From an uncultured Ignavibacteria bacterium (lineage in GTDB: Bacteria > Bacteroidota > Ignavibacteria > Kapaibacteriales > Kapaibacteriaceae): 64,000 nucleotides of DNA. A program made the position numbers and the translations under genes. Under the pieces are notes generated by a model that ran no database searches, was not told the origin of the DNA, and saw only the letters and a list, made by a program, of their open reading frames with translations. The stretch is from contig CAJAIA010000006.1 of assembly GCA_903939735.1 (NCBI GenBank), forward strand, positions 27,461-91,460. Reading direction: 5' to 3'. Below are positions 30,621-39,779 of the stretch, piece after piece (within the stretch, counting starts at the first letter, position 1; the number at the start of each line of letters is the position of its first letter).

Positions 30621-31667
30621 ATGAGCGAAGAGAAACAAGGAACTGAGGGATCGCCGAACCGTCGTCCGCGACGTCGCTATTCCCGTGGCCCACGTGGTGA
30701 TCGTCAAGGTCAGCAGCAACGCCATCATGGTATTCAGGGATCGATCTCAGTTGTTATCCCACTGCTGAATGAGGAAGAATCTCTTCCTGAGCTTGCCCGT
30801 CAACTTGAACAGGTACTAGAACGTGTCGCACGCGGCAAGTACGAGGTCCTGTTTATCGATGATGGTTCAACCGATGATTCATTCCGCGTGATTCAAGACA
30901 TTCATGCACGCAATCAGCGTTTTAAGGCGATTCGATTCCGAACGAATCATGGTAAGTCGGCAGCGCTTGCGATTGGCTTTGCTGAATGCAAGGGCGACAT
31001 TGTCATCACAATGGATGCCGATCTCCAAGACGATCCGAACGAGATACCGTCGCTTGTAGCGAAGCTTGAAGAAGGCTACGACCTTGTGTCAGGATGGAAG
31101 CGTAAACGCCATGATCCATGGCACAAGACAGTGCCATCAAAGCTGTTTAATGCTGTGACTTCGCGCATGAGCGGTATTCGACTTCACGACTTCAATTGCG
31201 GACTCAAGGGATATCGCCGAGAGGTCATCGAGAATGTTCAGGTGTATGGTGAAATGCACCGTTATATCCCGGCGCTTGCTCATTGGGAGGGCTTCAGAGT
31301 AACAGAAATCCCTGTGCAGCATCGAGCACGTCAACACGGTGTGTCGAAGTTCGGTATGAGCCGTTTCCTGAAGGGATATCTCGATCTTCTCACCGTGATG
31401 TTTACGACGCGCTACATCAAGCGTCCGCTTCACTTCTTTGGTGCTGTTGGATCGTTGTTTGCAGTGATTGGTTTCGTAACCGATCTCTATCTCGTCATTG
31501 AATGGTCGCTTGGCCGAACATCCCTCAGTAATCGTCCGCTTGCACTCTTTGGTGTTGCGATGATCATTGTAGGTGTTCAGCTGATCTCGATCGGCCTCAT
31601 TGGTGAATTGATTGTGAAGAACAATCTCGAACACCAGAAGTTTAGCGTCCGCGAGCGACTTGGGTAA
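30621..31667 (+). CDS. GT2 glycosyltransferase, ArnC/DPM1-like (polyprenyl-phosphate glycosyltransferase)
   Basis: SVVIPLLNEEE, IDDGSTD, MDADLQDDP, HDFNCGLK, two C-terminal TM helices. Confidence 0.9.
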   Translation: MSEEKQGTEGSPNRRPRRRYSRGPRGDRQGQQQRHHGIQGSISVVIPLLNEEESLPELARQLEQVLERVARGKYEVLFIDDGSTDDSFRVIQDIHARNQRFKAIRFRTNHGKSAALAIGFAECKGDIVITMDADLQDDPNEIPSLVAKLEEGYDLVSGWKRKRHDPWHKTVPSKLFNAVTSRMSGIRLHDFNCGLKGYRREVIENVQVYGEMHRYIPALAHWEGFRVTEIPVQHRARQHGVSKFGMSRFLKGYLDLLTVMFTTRYIKRPLHFFGAVGSLFAVIGFVTDLYLVIEWSLGRTSLSNRPLALFGVAMIIVGVQLISIGLIGELIVKNNLEHQKFSVRERLG

Positions 31668-31720
31668 CATTCCCGCGTGCTCATTGTTGATTGTTTACTG
31701 ATCAGCCACGGAATATCATC

Positions 31721-32476
31721 ATGCGTCTTCTTCTTGTCATCATCGCGTGCAGCTCTCTTGTTTCGACGAGTGCCTTGGCACAGGTTCGCTTCCGCGTAGC
31801 AGCTGGACTGTCGACGGATTGGATCACAAGTGATAATCCTGCGGTGTACCGTCTTGCAAGCAGTCAGAACACAACACCAGAAGAAACCTACGGTGGTGCA
31901 TTTGACGGCGCGCAAATGGGATGGGGTCTGCGTGGCTATATCGATCTTGATAAGCAAAAGAAGTTCCGCATCCCGGTAGGACTTGACTACTTCATGTACA
32001 AGGGTGCGCAGAGTATTGTTGGCGAAACCTACTCGATCCGTATCACACACGAGAACAACCTCGCCGCAGGTCTCGCTGGTTTCGAATGGTCCTTCATCGA
32101 GTTTCCATGGGCGTTTGCACGTGCCTACGTTGGCGCGGAGGCTCGGCTGTTGTTTGTCGGCGAGAACTCGATCACACGTGATATCAAAACGCTCATTGCT
32201 GACACGATCATTCAGCGCGTTGAAGTGTTTAATGGCAAGTCTGCAGCAACACGTCTTGGTGCGATGGCACGCCTTGGCATCGAAGGCGAGATCTACTACC
32301 CAGTCTTCGTGAACACGAGCGTGGGTTGGGGAGCAATGAATCTTCTCGGTCGTGACACACGGTCAACAGCAGAAAGCGGACGCGGAGAGTTACTTACACC
32401 GGTCCCGCAGAATGAATCGGGTGAGGCAATCCTGTATCACCTCAACTTCACCTTCATGGTGCAGGTTCGACTGTAA
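31721..32476 (+). CDS. Outer-membrane beta-barrel protein (hypothetical)
   Basis: Signal peptide ending ALA-Q; alternating beta-strand pattern; ends FTFMVQVRL. Confidence 0.6.
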   Translation: MRLLLVIIACSSLVSTSALAQVRFRVAAGLSTDWITSDNPAVYRLASSQNTTPEETYGGAFDGAQMGWGLRGYIDLDKQKKFRIPVGLDYFMYKGAQSIVGETYSIRITHENNLAAGLAGFEWSFIEFPWAFARAYVGAEARLLFVGENSITRDIKTLIADTIIQRVEVFNGKSAATRLGAMARLGIEGEIYYPVFVNTSVGWGAMNLLGRDTRSTAESGRGELLTPVPQNESGEAILYHLNFTFMVQVRL

Positions 32477-32494
32477 CCAGAAGCTCTGCTGACG

Positions 32495-33499
32495 TTACTT
32501 GTAGAGCGTTGCCTCGAACGCCCCTTGCTCGGGCTTGTTGAGGATGATGCGCCATATGATACCGCGCATAAAGCCAAGTCCGTATGCAGTAAGCTGCACC
32601 AAAGATGCCACTACGCATCGCGCACCTAACATCAGCGAGCGATAGCGAACGGAGGCGTCGACCAAGAGCGCCAAGAGGTACATCCCGAGCGGCAGAAAGC
32701 CTACCCACCCCATCGGCTCAATGATAGTCGTACCGAGTGCAATCAGGATATACGCGGTGAACACGGCAGGGAAGAAGTGCGTCGGCTTAAGGGTCTGAGG
32801 GTGTCGAAGCGTGATGTTAATCCGCGCGATCCCACTATTGTGGACCTGCTTGAAGAACTTCCAGAAATCGGTGCGACGCTTGTGATACACCCATGCATCG
32901 GGGATGAGGCCCACGTTGTAGCCGTGCTCAATCATGCGGATGCTAAACTCGACATCCTCACCGAACCGCATGCGCGCAAAACCATCGGTCTCGTTAAAGA
33001 CATCGCGCGAAATCCCCATGTTGAAGGAACGCGGGTGGAAGCTGCCCCCAACCCGACGCTTGCCACCGCGAATCCCGCCTGTGGTCAAAAAGGCCGTCAT
33101 AGCGTAGCTGATAGCCTTCTGCGTAGGCGTAAACGACGCATCCTCGCGATCGGGTCCACCAAAGGCATCGTACCCATGTGCTCGCACGGCCTCATCGATG
33201 GTGGCCATGTAATGCGATGGTACCGTGCAATCGGAATCAATAAACAGGAAGTAGTCGCCTGAGGCTCGTCGGCATCCGTAATTGCGCGATGGACCCGGGC
33301 CGCTGTTGTCCTTGGTGAAGTACTTCACATCCAGACGTCCAGCCATTGCTGCACAGACATCCTTTGAGCTCAGCGTTGAACCATCTTCGACGATCACGAC
33401 CTCAATGTCACGATACGTCTGAAGCGCGAGGCTTTCGAGCAGCTCGCGGAGTTCGTCGGGGCGGTTATAGACCGCAACAATGATTGAGTATTTCGCCAT
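32495..33499 (-). CDS. GT2 glycosyltransferase
   Basis: SIIVAVYNR, VEDGS, GPGPSRN, FIDSD, GEDVE and C-terminal TMs; ATG 33499 preferred. Confidence 0.9.
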   Translation of the reverse strand: MAKYSIIVAVYNRPDELRELLESLALQTYRDIEVVIVEDGSTLSSKDVCAAMAGRLDVKYFTKDNSGPGPSRNYGCRRASGDYFLFIDSDCTVPSHYMATIDEAVRAHGYDAFGGPDREDASFTPTQKAISYAMTAFLTTGGIRGGKRRVGGSFHPRSFNMGISRDVFNETDGFARMRFGEDVEFSIRMIEHGYNVGLIPDAWVYHKRRTDFWKFFKQVHNSGIARINITLRHPQTLKPTHFFPAVFTAYILIALGTTIIEPMGWVGFLPLGMYLLALLVDASVRYRSLMLGARCVVASLVQLTAYGLGFMRGIIWRIILNKPEQGAFEATLYK

Positions 33500-33507
33500 A
33501 GGGAACG

Positions 33508-33539
33508 CAAAGATACGGTCGCGCCACGTGCTATCTTTG
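33508..33539. promoter_or_regulatory. Back-to-back divergent TATCTTTG promoter elements
   Basis: TATCTTTG on - (33508-33515) and on + (33532-33539), each 8 nt from its ATG. Confidence 0.6.
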
Positions 33540-33547
33540 ACATCTCT

Positions 33548-34384
33548 ATGAACCCACATCAGCTCCAACAGGGCGACCTCGCCGATCGGTTAGCGCGCAT
33601 GGACCTATTGCCGCGCACGATTCGTAATGTGCGGATGCAGTATCGACTGGCCGTGCATACGCTTATGCCATGGTTGCAGCAGTACAACCTTTGGAAACCC
33701 GGAGCAGCAGTCTGCGAGATCGGGTGTGCCGAGGGAGGAGTACTTGCTGCATTTGTTGAGCGTGGTACATCCTACGCGCTAGGCACAGACATTCAGGGTG
33801 CCCTGCTCACGGATATCAGCGATCCCGTGTGGAAGTCTCAAGGACTCGACATCGAGTTCTCCCATCACGACGTGATCTACGAGGATATTCCCGAAGCATG
33901 GCAAGAACGTTTCGACGTTGTGTTGCTTCGTGATGTCATTGAACATCTCGACGATGCACAGATAGCACTTCGCAACATTCAGCGCTTGCTCAAACCAGGC
34001 GGTGTGGTCGTCGTAACATTCCCACCGTATACATCTCCATTTGGTGGACATCAGCAATTGCTTGGCACGAAGCTTGGAGCGATTCCTTTTGTACACCTCT
34101 TGCCATGGTCGATCTTCTCGTCAATCATCAAACAAGGCGAGCCAGTGAATCAAGAGGAGCTTGTGCGTTTGCATCAGATCCGACTCTCCGCAGCAGACGT
34201 GCGGCGTGCAGCTGCGGCTGCACAACTCCGCGTCGTTGATGAGCGCCTCTTTGCATTGCGCCCCGTCTTCCGATGGAAGTACGAGCTCCCTATACCAAGT
34301 CTCGAAGTGAGTGCTCTGCGCTCCCTTCCTGGTGTGCGTGCACTTGCGATGGAAGCAGCATTCATTCTGCAACGTCCTGTATGA
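33548..34384 (+). CDS. Class I SAM-dependent methyltransferase (glycan-associated type)
   Basis: CEIGCAEGG motif I, DVIEHL, LLKPGG, SPFGGH. Confidence 0.85.
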   Translation: MNPHQLQQGDLADRLARMDLLPRTIRNVRMQYRLAVHTLMPWLQQYNLWKPGAAVCEIGCAEGGVLAAFVERGTSYALGTDIQGALLTDISDPVWKSQGLDIEFSHHDVIYEDIPEAWQERFDVVLLRDVIEHLDDAQIALRNIQRLLKPGGVVVVTFPPYTSPFGGHQQLLGTKLGAIPFVHLLPWSIFSSIIKQGEPVNQEELVRLHQIRLSAADVRRAAAAAQLRVVDERLFALRPVFRWKYELPIPSLEVSALRSLPGVRALAMEAAFILQRPV

Positions 34385-35694
34385 AGACCGTTCTTGTCGT
34401 AGCATATCATTTTCCTCCAGGGGGCGGACCCGGTGTTCAGCGCGTGCTCAAGCATGTGACTTACCTCCGCGACCACGGGTGGCGTCCGATCGTGCTGACC
34501 GTCGAGAACGGAGACTTCCCTGCACGCGATGAATCTCTCCTAGCCAAGATTCCCGCTGATGTGCACGTGGTGCGCGTCCCCATTCTTGAGCCGTACGATA
34601 TCTATCGTTCGTTCATGGGGCGTGGCACAACTGCTATCGATGTCAACGTCAATAAATCCGGTGACCAGCGAAGGGGCTGGAAGGAGCGCGTTGCAGAGTG
34701 GATTCGTGCTACCTTCTTCATACCTGATGCACGCGTCGGATGGATGCTTACGGCTGTAAAAGCAGCGAAGAAGCTTGTTGCCGAGCACAACATCACGGCG
34801 ATCTATTCATCATCTCCCCCATACACCTGCGCTCTTATTGCGCGTGCCATTAGGCGTGCAACGGGACTGCCGTGGATTGCAGGCTTCCGTGATCCATGGA
34901 CGGAATTTCTCACGACACCAGACAGATGGTTTCTTCCTGCTGCGATTGATCGATCGCTGGAACGCTCGGTGTTCACCGAGGCCGACATGGTGGAGTGCGC
35001 ATGGACAGGTATCATCGATGATGCGGTGCGCAAGTATCCTCAATTGGATCGTTCGAAGTTCTTCCACGTGCCCAATGGGTTCGATGCATCGGACTTTCCA
35101 CCTGTCGTCTACACACGGAATGAACGATTCACGATTACCTACACGGGGTCGATGTACGGACGTAGAACACCAAAGGCGTTTCTTGATGCGCTGGAATACC
35201 TTGCAGATGCCGGCCGCATCCGTGCGGAAGATGTGCACCTTCGTTTTGTTGGACGCTTCGGTGACGAGGTGCACGCCATGATGGATGCATCGCGTTTTGC
35301 GTCGTCGATTGAGCGCATTGGCTACGTGCCACACGAAGTCAGCGTAGGTTATCTGATGCAAAGTGAAGCATCACTCCTCATTGTTGACGACGCGAAGGAG
35401 AGCGCCGAGATTGTTCCCGGTAAGGTCTACGAATACCTTGGGGTCGGACGTCCCGTGATTGCCCTTGCACCGCGCGGCAGTGCGATCGAGGAGCTGGTGC
35501 TTCGAACACACGCTGGTGGCTGTGCTCCACAGTCGGATATCCCAGCAATAGCAGAGATCATCGGCACGTTTCTTGACAGGTGGAAACAAGGGCAGCAGAT
35601 TACCGAGCCTGATACGTTTATGATTGCGTCGTACGAACGCCGCAATGCTGCAAAGCAGCTTGCGGAGAAGTTGAACCAACTCACAACACCATGA
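34381..35694 (+). CDS. GT4 glycosyltransferase
   Basis: YHFPPGGGPGVQR, SSSPP, FRDPW, PNGFD, PGKVYEY; ATGA overlap with the upstream gene. Confidence 0.9.
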   Translation: MKTVLVVAYHFPPGGGPGVQRVLKHVTYLRDHGWRPIVLTVENGDFPARDESLLAKIPADVHVVRVPILEPYDIYRSFMGRGTTAIDVNVNKSGDQRRGWKERVAEWIRATFFIPDARVGWMLTAVKAAKKLVAEHNITAIYSSSPPYTCALIARAIRRATGLPWIAGFRDPWTEFLTTPDRWFLPAAIDRSLERSVFTEADMVECAWTGIIDDAVRKYPQLDRSKFFHVPNGFDASDFPPVVYTRNERFTITYTGSMYGRRTPKAFLDALEYLADAGRIRAEDVHLRFVGRFGDEVHAMMDASRFASSIERIGYVPHEVSVGYLMQSEASLLIVDDAKESAEIVPGKVYEYLGVGRPVIALAPRGSAIEELVLRTHAGGCAPQSDIPAIAEIIGTFLDRWKQGQQITEPDTFMIASYERRNAAKQLAEKLNQLTTP

Positions 35695-35867
35695 AAAAAA
35701 TCCTTGCCGTAATTCTCGCACTTGGAGCAGCATGGGTGGTTCTCAAGGTGTTCTGGTGGGTCGTCCGTCATGCGTTCTCGTTAGCGCTTGATATTGTTGG
35801 TCTGATCATCCTCATCGTGATCGCCGTCCCGATCTATCTCATCATTCGTCGCAAACTCTTGTCATGA
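35691..35867 (+). CDS. 58-aa two-TM small membrane protein (absent from ORF track)
   Basis: MKKILAVILALGAAWVVLKVFWWVVRHAFSLALDIVGLIILIVIAVPIYLIIRRKLLS*; ATGA overlaps with both flanking genes. Confidence 0.8.
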   Translation: MKKILAVILALGAAWVVLKVFWWVVRHAFSLALDIVGLIILIVIAVPIYLIIRRKLLS

Positions 35868-37156
35868 AGAACATCCTTCTTGCTGTCTCGACACTTGTTG
35901 TGCTTGCATCGGTTGCATCAGCGCAGCCAACACCGTTCTATAATCCGCTTGCGGTTGACATTGCACGCGGACTTCTGAAGAATGTGTTCGAAACGAATGC
36001 AACGCCGTTCATTCAGCCGATGGTTAACACCATCAATGCTACCTCGAACACGCGATTCTATACCAACGCCTACATCCCGAGTGAAACAGACAAGCCGTAT
36101 GTACGGGTGTCGGCAAATGGTATGGTTGGGTACATCTCAGAGGACCAGCGTTGGTATCGGCCAGATATTCGCTTCGGTGATTCGGTGAATATCATCGTCG
36201 AGCTCACTAAGTACGGTCGCATCGTGATTGGTCCAACAGGACCACGCTATGAGATCGGCAATACGTATGCTGATACGCTTGGTCTTGCAACGATGCTCGT
36301 AACCGAACTGCTCCGCAGTTCGAACGATAGCGGGTTTGTTGTGCTGCCGGATAGCGCTGCCACGCTCTTCGGATCAAAGCCCGATAACAAAGTGCTCTTG
36401 CCGACGACTGCGCAGATGTTGACTGTCCTCCGTGGTCTTCCGGCGTTTGCATTGCTCGATAGTGCTGGTCGGACATCGATCGAGGGTCTTCTCACGAATG
36501 TGAACTTTGTGGGCTCAATCACGCTGCCACCCGGTGCGAATATGTCGACCATTGTCGCGGCTGTACCGCAAATCGAGATAGGTGCGCTCTATGGAACAGA
36601 GCTCATGATCCGCTACATCCCACCGGTCGAGTTCGATCCCAACGTTGGTGCGTTTTCCTTCTGGGGTCTTGGCCTTCGTCATAGCCTCTCGCAGTATTTC
36701 CCAGAGCGCTGGTTTGATATGGCCGTACAAGGTGTGTATCAAGGAACGTGGTTGCGCAACACGGTCGGCTTCACCGAATCGAAGCTCGATGCAGATGCGA
36801 CGATCTTCAGTGGCAATCTCCACGCCAGTAAGAACTTGTGGGGCAATCTCGATGTCTACACGGGCATTGCCTATGAGTACATCACCGTGAACAGCTCCTA
36901 TACCTACGTGCTTCCACAGGAGATGCAGATCGAGCTCGGATTGCTACCCAAGCCAATCGTTGATGGCACGCCATCGATACCAACAGCAGATCAACCAGGT
37001 GATCAGCGGCCTCAAACGTCATCCGTACGTGCGCATAACACCAACATTAAGTGGACGATTGGTGCGACGTATGCTTTGGGACCAGTGCGTATCGCGGTGG
37101 ATTACAACGTGAGCCACTTCAATATTCTCTCGGCTGGACTCTTCTACCAGTTCTAA
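35864..37156 (+). CDS. Outer-membrane protein, DUF6588-like
   Basis: Signal peptide; 'PQIEIG...GTELMIRYIP...WGLGLRHSLSQY'; ends in F. Confidence 0.65.
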   Translation: MKNILLAVSTLVVLASVASAQPTPFYNPLAVDIARGLLKNVFETNATPFIQPMVNTINATSNTRFYTNAYIPSETDKPYVRVSANGMVGYISEDQRWYRPDIRFGDSVNIIVELTKYGRIVIGPTGPRYEIGNTYADTLGLATMLVTELLRSSNDSGFVVLPDSAATLFGSKPDNKVLLPTTAQMLTVLRGLPAFALLDSAGRTSIEGLLTNVNFVGSITLPPGANMSTIVAAVPQIEIGALYGTELMIRYIPPVEFDPNVGAFSFWGLGLRHSLSQYFPERWFDMAVQGVYQGTWLRNTVGFTESKLDADATIFSGNLHASKNLWGNLDVYTGIAYEYITVNSSYTYVLPQEMQIELGLLPKPIVDGTPSIPTADQPGDQRPQTSSVRAHNTNIKWTIGATYALGPVRIAVDYNVSHFNILSAGLFYQF

Positions 37157-38034
37157 TCAGCCAGGCGAATACGTCTGCCTGATCGCTCAACGACGCCGTC
37201 GCGTACGAGCGCATCGATCAATGCACGGAACCATGCTTGTTCGTCGTTGGCGAGACGTGTCGCACCAGCTGCAGCAACGAGCGCAGATGGCGGTAGTCCG
37301 GCAGGCGCATCACGAAGGGCGTTTACGAATCGCCCCCTCCACAGACGTTGTGGTTCGCCACGGAACATAGGCTCTGCTCGTTTCGCACGTTGCGCGTGTT
37401 CAAGCACATGCGCCGACGGACACAAGTCAGCCATCGGACAGGACGTGCACAGCGGCTTGCGAGCCGTACAGATTGTTGCGCCCAAATCCATCACCGCATG
37501 ATGCCATCGTGATGCAGATCGTGCAGGGATAACGTTCATCGCAAACTGCGTTAGTACATTGTCGGACTCAACATCTATCGTCGTGTGCTGACGTCGCATC
37601 CATCGTGAGTAGACGCGACGCACATTGACATCGAGTACAGGAACACGCCTGTTGTATGCGAACGTCGCGATCGATGCCGAAGCGTAGGGTCCGATCCCAG
37701 GCAGTTCGCGCAACGCATCCACATCAGATGGAACCACACCATCATGCCGCAAAACAATCATGCGTGCCGCATCGCGGAGCCGCAGGGCGCGTGAATTGTA
37801 TCCCATGCCCTTCCATTGGCGAATCATCTGTGCGTTGGTTGCTTGTGCAAGTGCATGTACAGTTGGGAACTGCTCTAGAAATCGTGGGAGAGCTTCCGTA
37901 ACGCGCTGCGCTTGCGTCTGCTGCAGCATGATCTCTGAGACCACCACAACGTATGGATCAACGTCACGCACACGCCACGGAAAGACCCGAGCGTTTCGGC
38001 GGTACCAATTGAGAAGAGAACGTTGGATTTCCAT
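37153..38034 (-). CDS. mutY: A/G-specific adenine glycosylase, short form
   Basis: VSEIMLQQTQ, WKGMGYNSRA, HhH LPGIGPY, DVNVRRV, Fe-S motif CTARKPLCTSCPMADLC. Confidence 0.9.
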   Translation of the reverse strand: MEIQRSLLNWYRRNARVFPWRVRDVDPYVVVVSEIMLQQTQAQRVTEALPRFLEQFPTVHALAQATNAQMIRQWKGMGYNSRALRLRDAARMIVLRHDGVVPSDVDALRELPGIGPYASASIATFAYNRRVPVLDVNVRRVYSRWMRRQHTTIDVESDNVLTQFAMNVIPARSASRWHHAVMDLGATICTARKPLCTSCPMADLCPSAHVLEHAQRAKRAEPMFRGEPQRLWRGRFVNALRDAPAGLPPSALVAAAGATRLANDEQAWFRALIDALVRDGVVERSGRRIRLAD

Positions 38035-38049
38035 ACGTAGATTGTAATC

Positions 38050-38460
38050 ATGTCACGAGAGATCTCCTCTGAGCGCATCGAAGAAGCTGTAGCTGCCGCA
38101 CTCCGCGTGCGTGAGAACGCCTACGCGCCATACTCCCGCTTCCACGTTGGTGCCGCGATCATCGATGGGGACGGAGGAATCCACGTTGGATGCAACGTGG
38201 AAAACGCAAGTTATGGTCTTACCAATTGCGCCGAACGTGCAGCCGTTGCTGCTGCTACCAGTGGCGGACGTCGCGATATCGCTGTCTGCGTTGTTGTGAC
38301 GCAGACATCGCCCCCTGCTGCACCATGTGGCGCGTGCCGGCAGGTGCTCTCTGAGTGCAATCCCGAGATGCGCATTCTTACGACAAACCCAGCGCGTGAG
38401 GATACCTGGTACTCACTCGCAGACCTTCTACCCAGCGCCTTTGGTCCAGCATCATTCTGA
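38050..38460 (+). CDS. cdd: Cytidine deaminase
   Basis: AYAPYSRFHVGAA, GCNVENASY, CAER, PCGACRQ. Confidence 0.95.
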   Translation: MSREISSERIEEAVAAALRVRENAYAPYSRFHVGAAIIDGDGGIHVGCNVENASYGLTNCAERAAVAAATSGGRRDIAVCVVVTQTSPPAAPCGACRQVLSECNPEMRILTTNPAREDTWYSLADLLPSAFGPASF

Positions 38461-38481
38461 ACGACGGAGTAACCAACATCA

Positions 38482-39738
38482 ATGGTTCAATCAACTGAAC
38501 AACAGCATTCAACGCGAAACATCTGGCTGACCGTGCTTGTGTGCGGACTCGGCTATTTCGTCGATATCTACGATCTGATTCTGTTTTCAATCGTTCGTCC
38601 AGAGTCGCTCACAGCTATCGGAGTATCAGCACTCGACATGCAGGATGCCAGCGAGCTGATTCTCAATGCACAGATGATCGGTATGCTCCTTGGTGGCGCG
38701 ATCTTCGGTGCTCTCGCAGACAAACGTGGACGCCTCTCTGTGCTGCTGGGCAGCATCCTGATGTATTCGATCATGAACATCGCCAATGCCTTTGTGACGA
38801 GCGTTGAGATGTATGCTGTGCTGCGTTTCTTCTCGGGGATCGGTCTTGCCGGTGAACTCGGTGTGGCTATCACACTCGTGAGCGAAGTTATGCCAAAGCA
38901 TAAGCGTGGGTATGGCACCACCGTGGTAGCTAGCCTCGGCATTCTCGGAGCTGTTGGTGCATACGTCGTGCATGCACTCACAGACTGGCGTATCGCCTTC
39001 ATTATTGGCGGTGTGCTTGGTCTTGCACTTCTCGTAATGCGTGTGCGCATTCGAGAGTCGGGAATGTTTCACCGTGCAGAAGAAGCGAACATTTCGCGTG
39101 GTAACATCCTGATGCTGTTTCAAAAGGGTCGCATCGGACGCTACCTCGCAAATGCCGCTATCGGCGTGCCCGTCTGGTATGTGATTGGCATCCTTGTGAC
39201 ATTCGCTCCAGAATTCACACGCCATGGAGGTGGTGCAACGGATGTATCTGCTGGACAAGCAGTGATGTGGGCCTATGTAGGCCTGGCCGCCGGCGACCTA
39301 CTCAGCGGATTGATTAGTCAGTGGATCAAGAGTCGGCGCAAGACGATCATGCTGTTCTTGAGTCTTACCGCTATCTGCGTTCTATGGTATCTGTTCACGC
39401 CTGGGAAATCTGCAGCATTGACCTATCTCCAAACCGGACTTCTTGGGTTTTCCGTTGGGTATTGGGCGGTGTTTGTCACAACGGCCGCTGAACAATTCGG
39501 CACCAACATCCGCGCGACTGTCGCAACGACCATTCCAAACGTCGCTCGGGGAGCACTGGTCCCAGCCCTCCTTCTGTTCGGTCTGCTCCGGAAGGAAGTA
39601 GATGGTGTTGTTGATGCCGACTCACTGGTGACAAGTGCCGTAATCGTTGGCGGAATAACGCTCGCTATTGCTGCCCTTGGCGTATCCGTGATGAAAGAAA
39701 CCTACGGCAAGAGTCTCGATTACTTCGAACCTGCCTAA
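38482..39738 (+). CDS. MFS transporter
   Basis: About 12 TMs; GALADKRGR motif A; GYFVDIYD; AEQFGTNIRAT. Confidence 0.9.
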   Translation: MVQSTEQQHSTRNIWLTVLVCGLGYFVDIYDLILFSIVRPESLTAIGVSALDMQDASELILNAQMIGMLLGGAIFGALADKRGRLSVLLGSILMYSIMNIANAFVTSVEMYAVLRFFSGIGLAGELGVAITLVSEVMPKHKRGYGTTVVASLGILGAVGAYVVHALTDWRIAFIIGGVLGLALLVMRVRIRESGMFHRAEEANISRGNILMLFQKGRIGRYLANAAIGVPVWYVIGILVTFAPEFTRHGGGATDVSAGQAVMWAYVGLAAGDLLSGLISQWIKSRRKTIMLFLSLTAICVLWYLFTPGKSAALTYLQTGLLGFSVGYWAVFVTTAAEQFGTNIRATVATTIPNVARGALVPALLLFGLLRKEVDGVVDADSLVTSAVIVGGITLAIAALGVSVMKETYGKSLDYFEPA

Positions 39739-39767
39739 GGGTATAAGTGCAACTGTTCGCCGTGTGG

Positions 39768-39775
39768 TAACTTTG
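39768..39775 (+). promoter_or_regulatory. Bacteroidota-type -7 promoter element TAACTTTG, 4 nt before the guaA ATG
   Basis: Matches TAnnTTTG; the same motif recurs before several other transcription-unit starts. Confidence 0.6.
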
Positions 39776-39779
39776 CACC

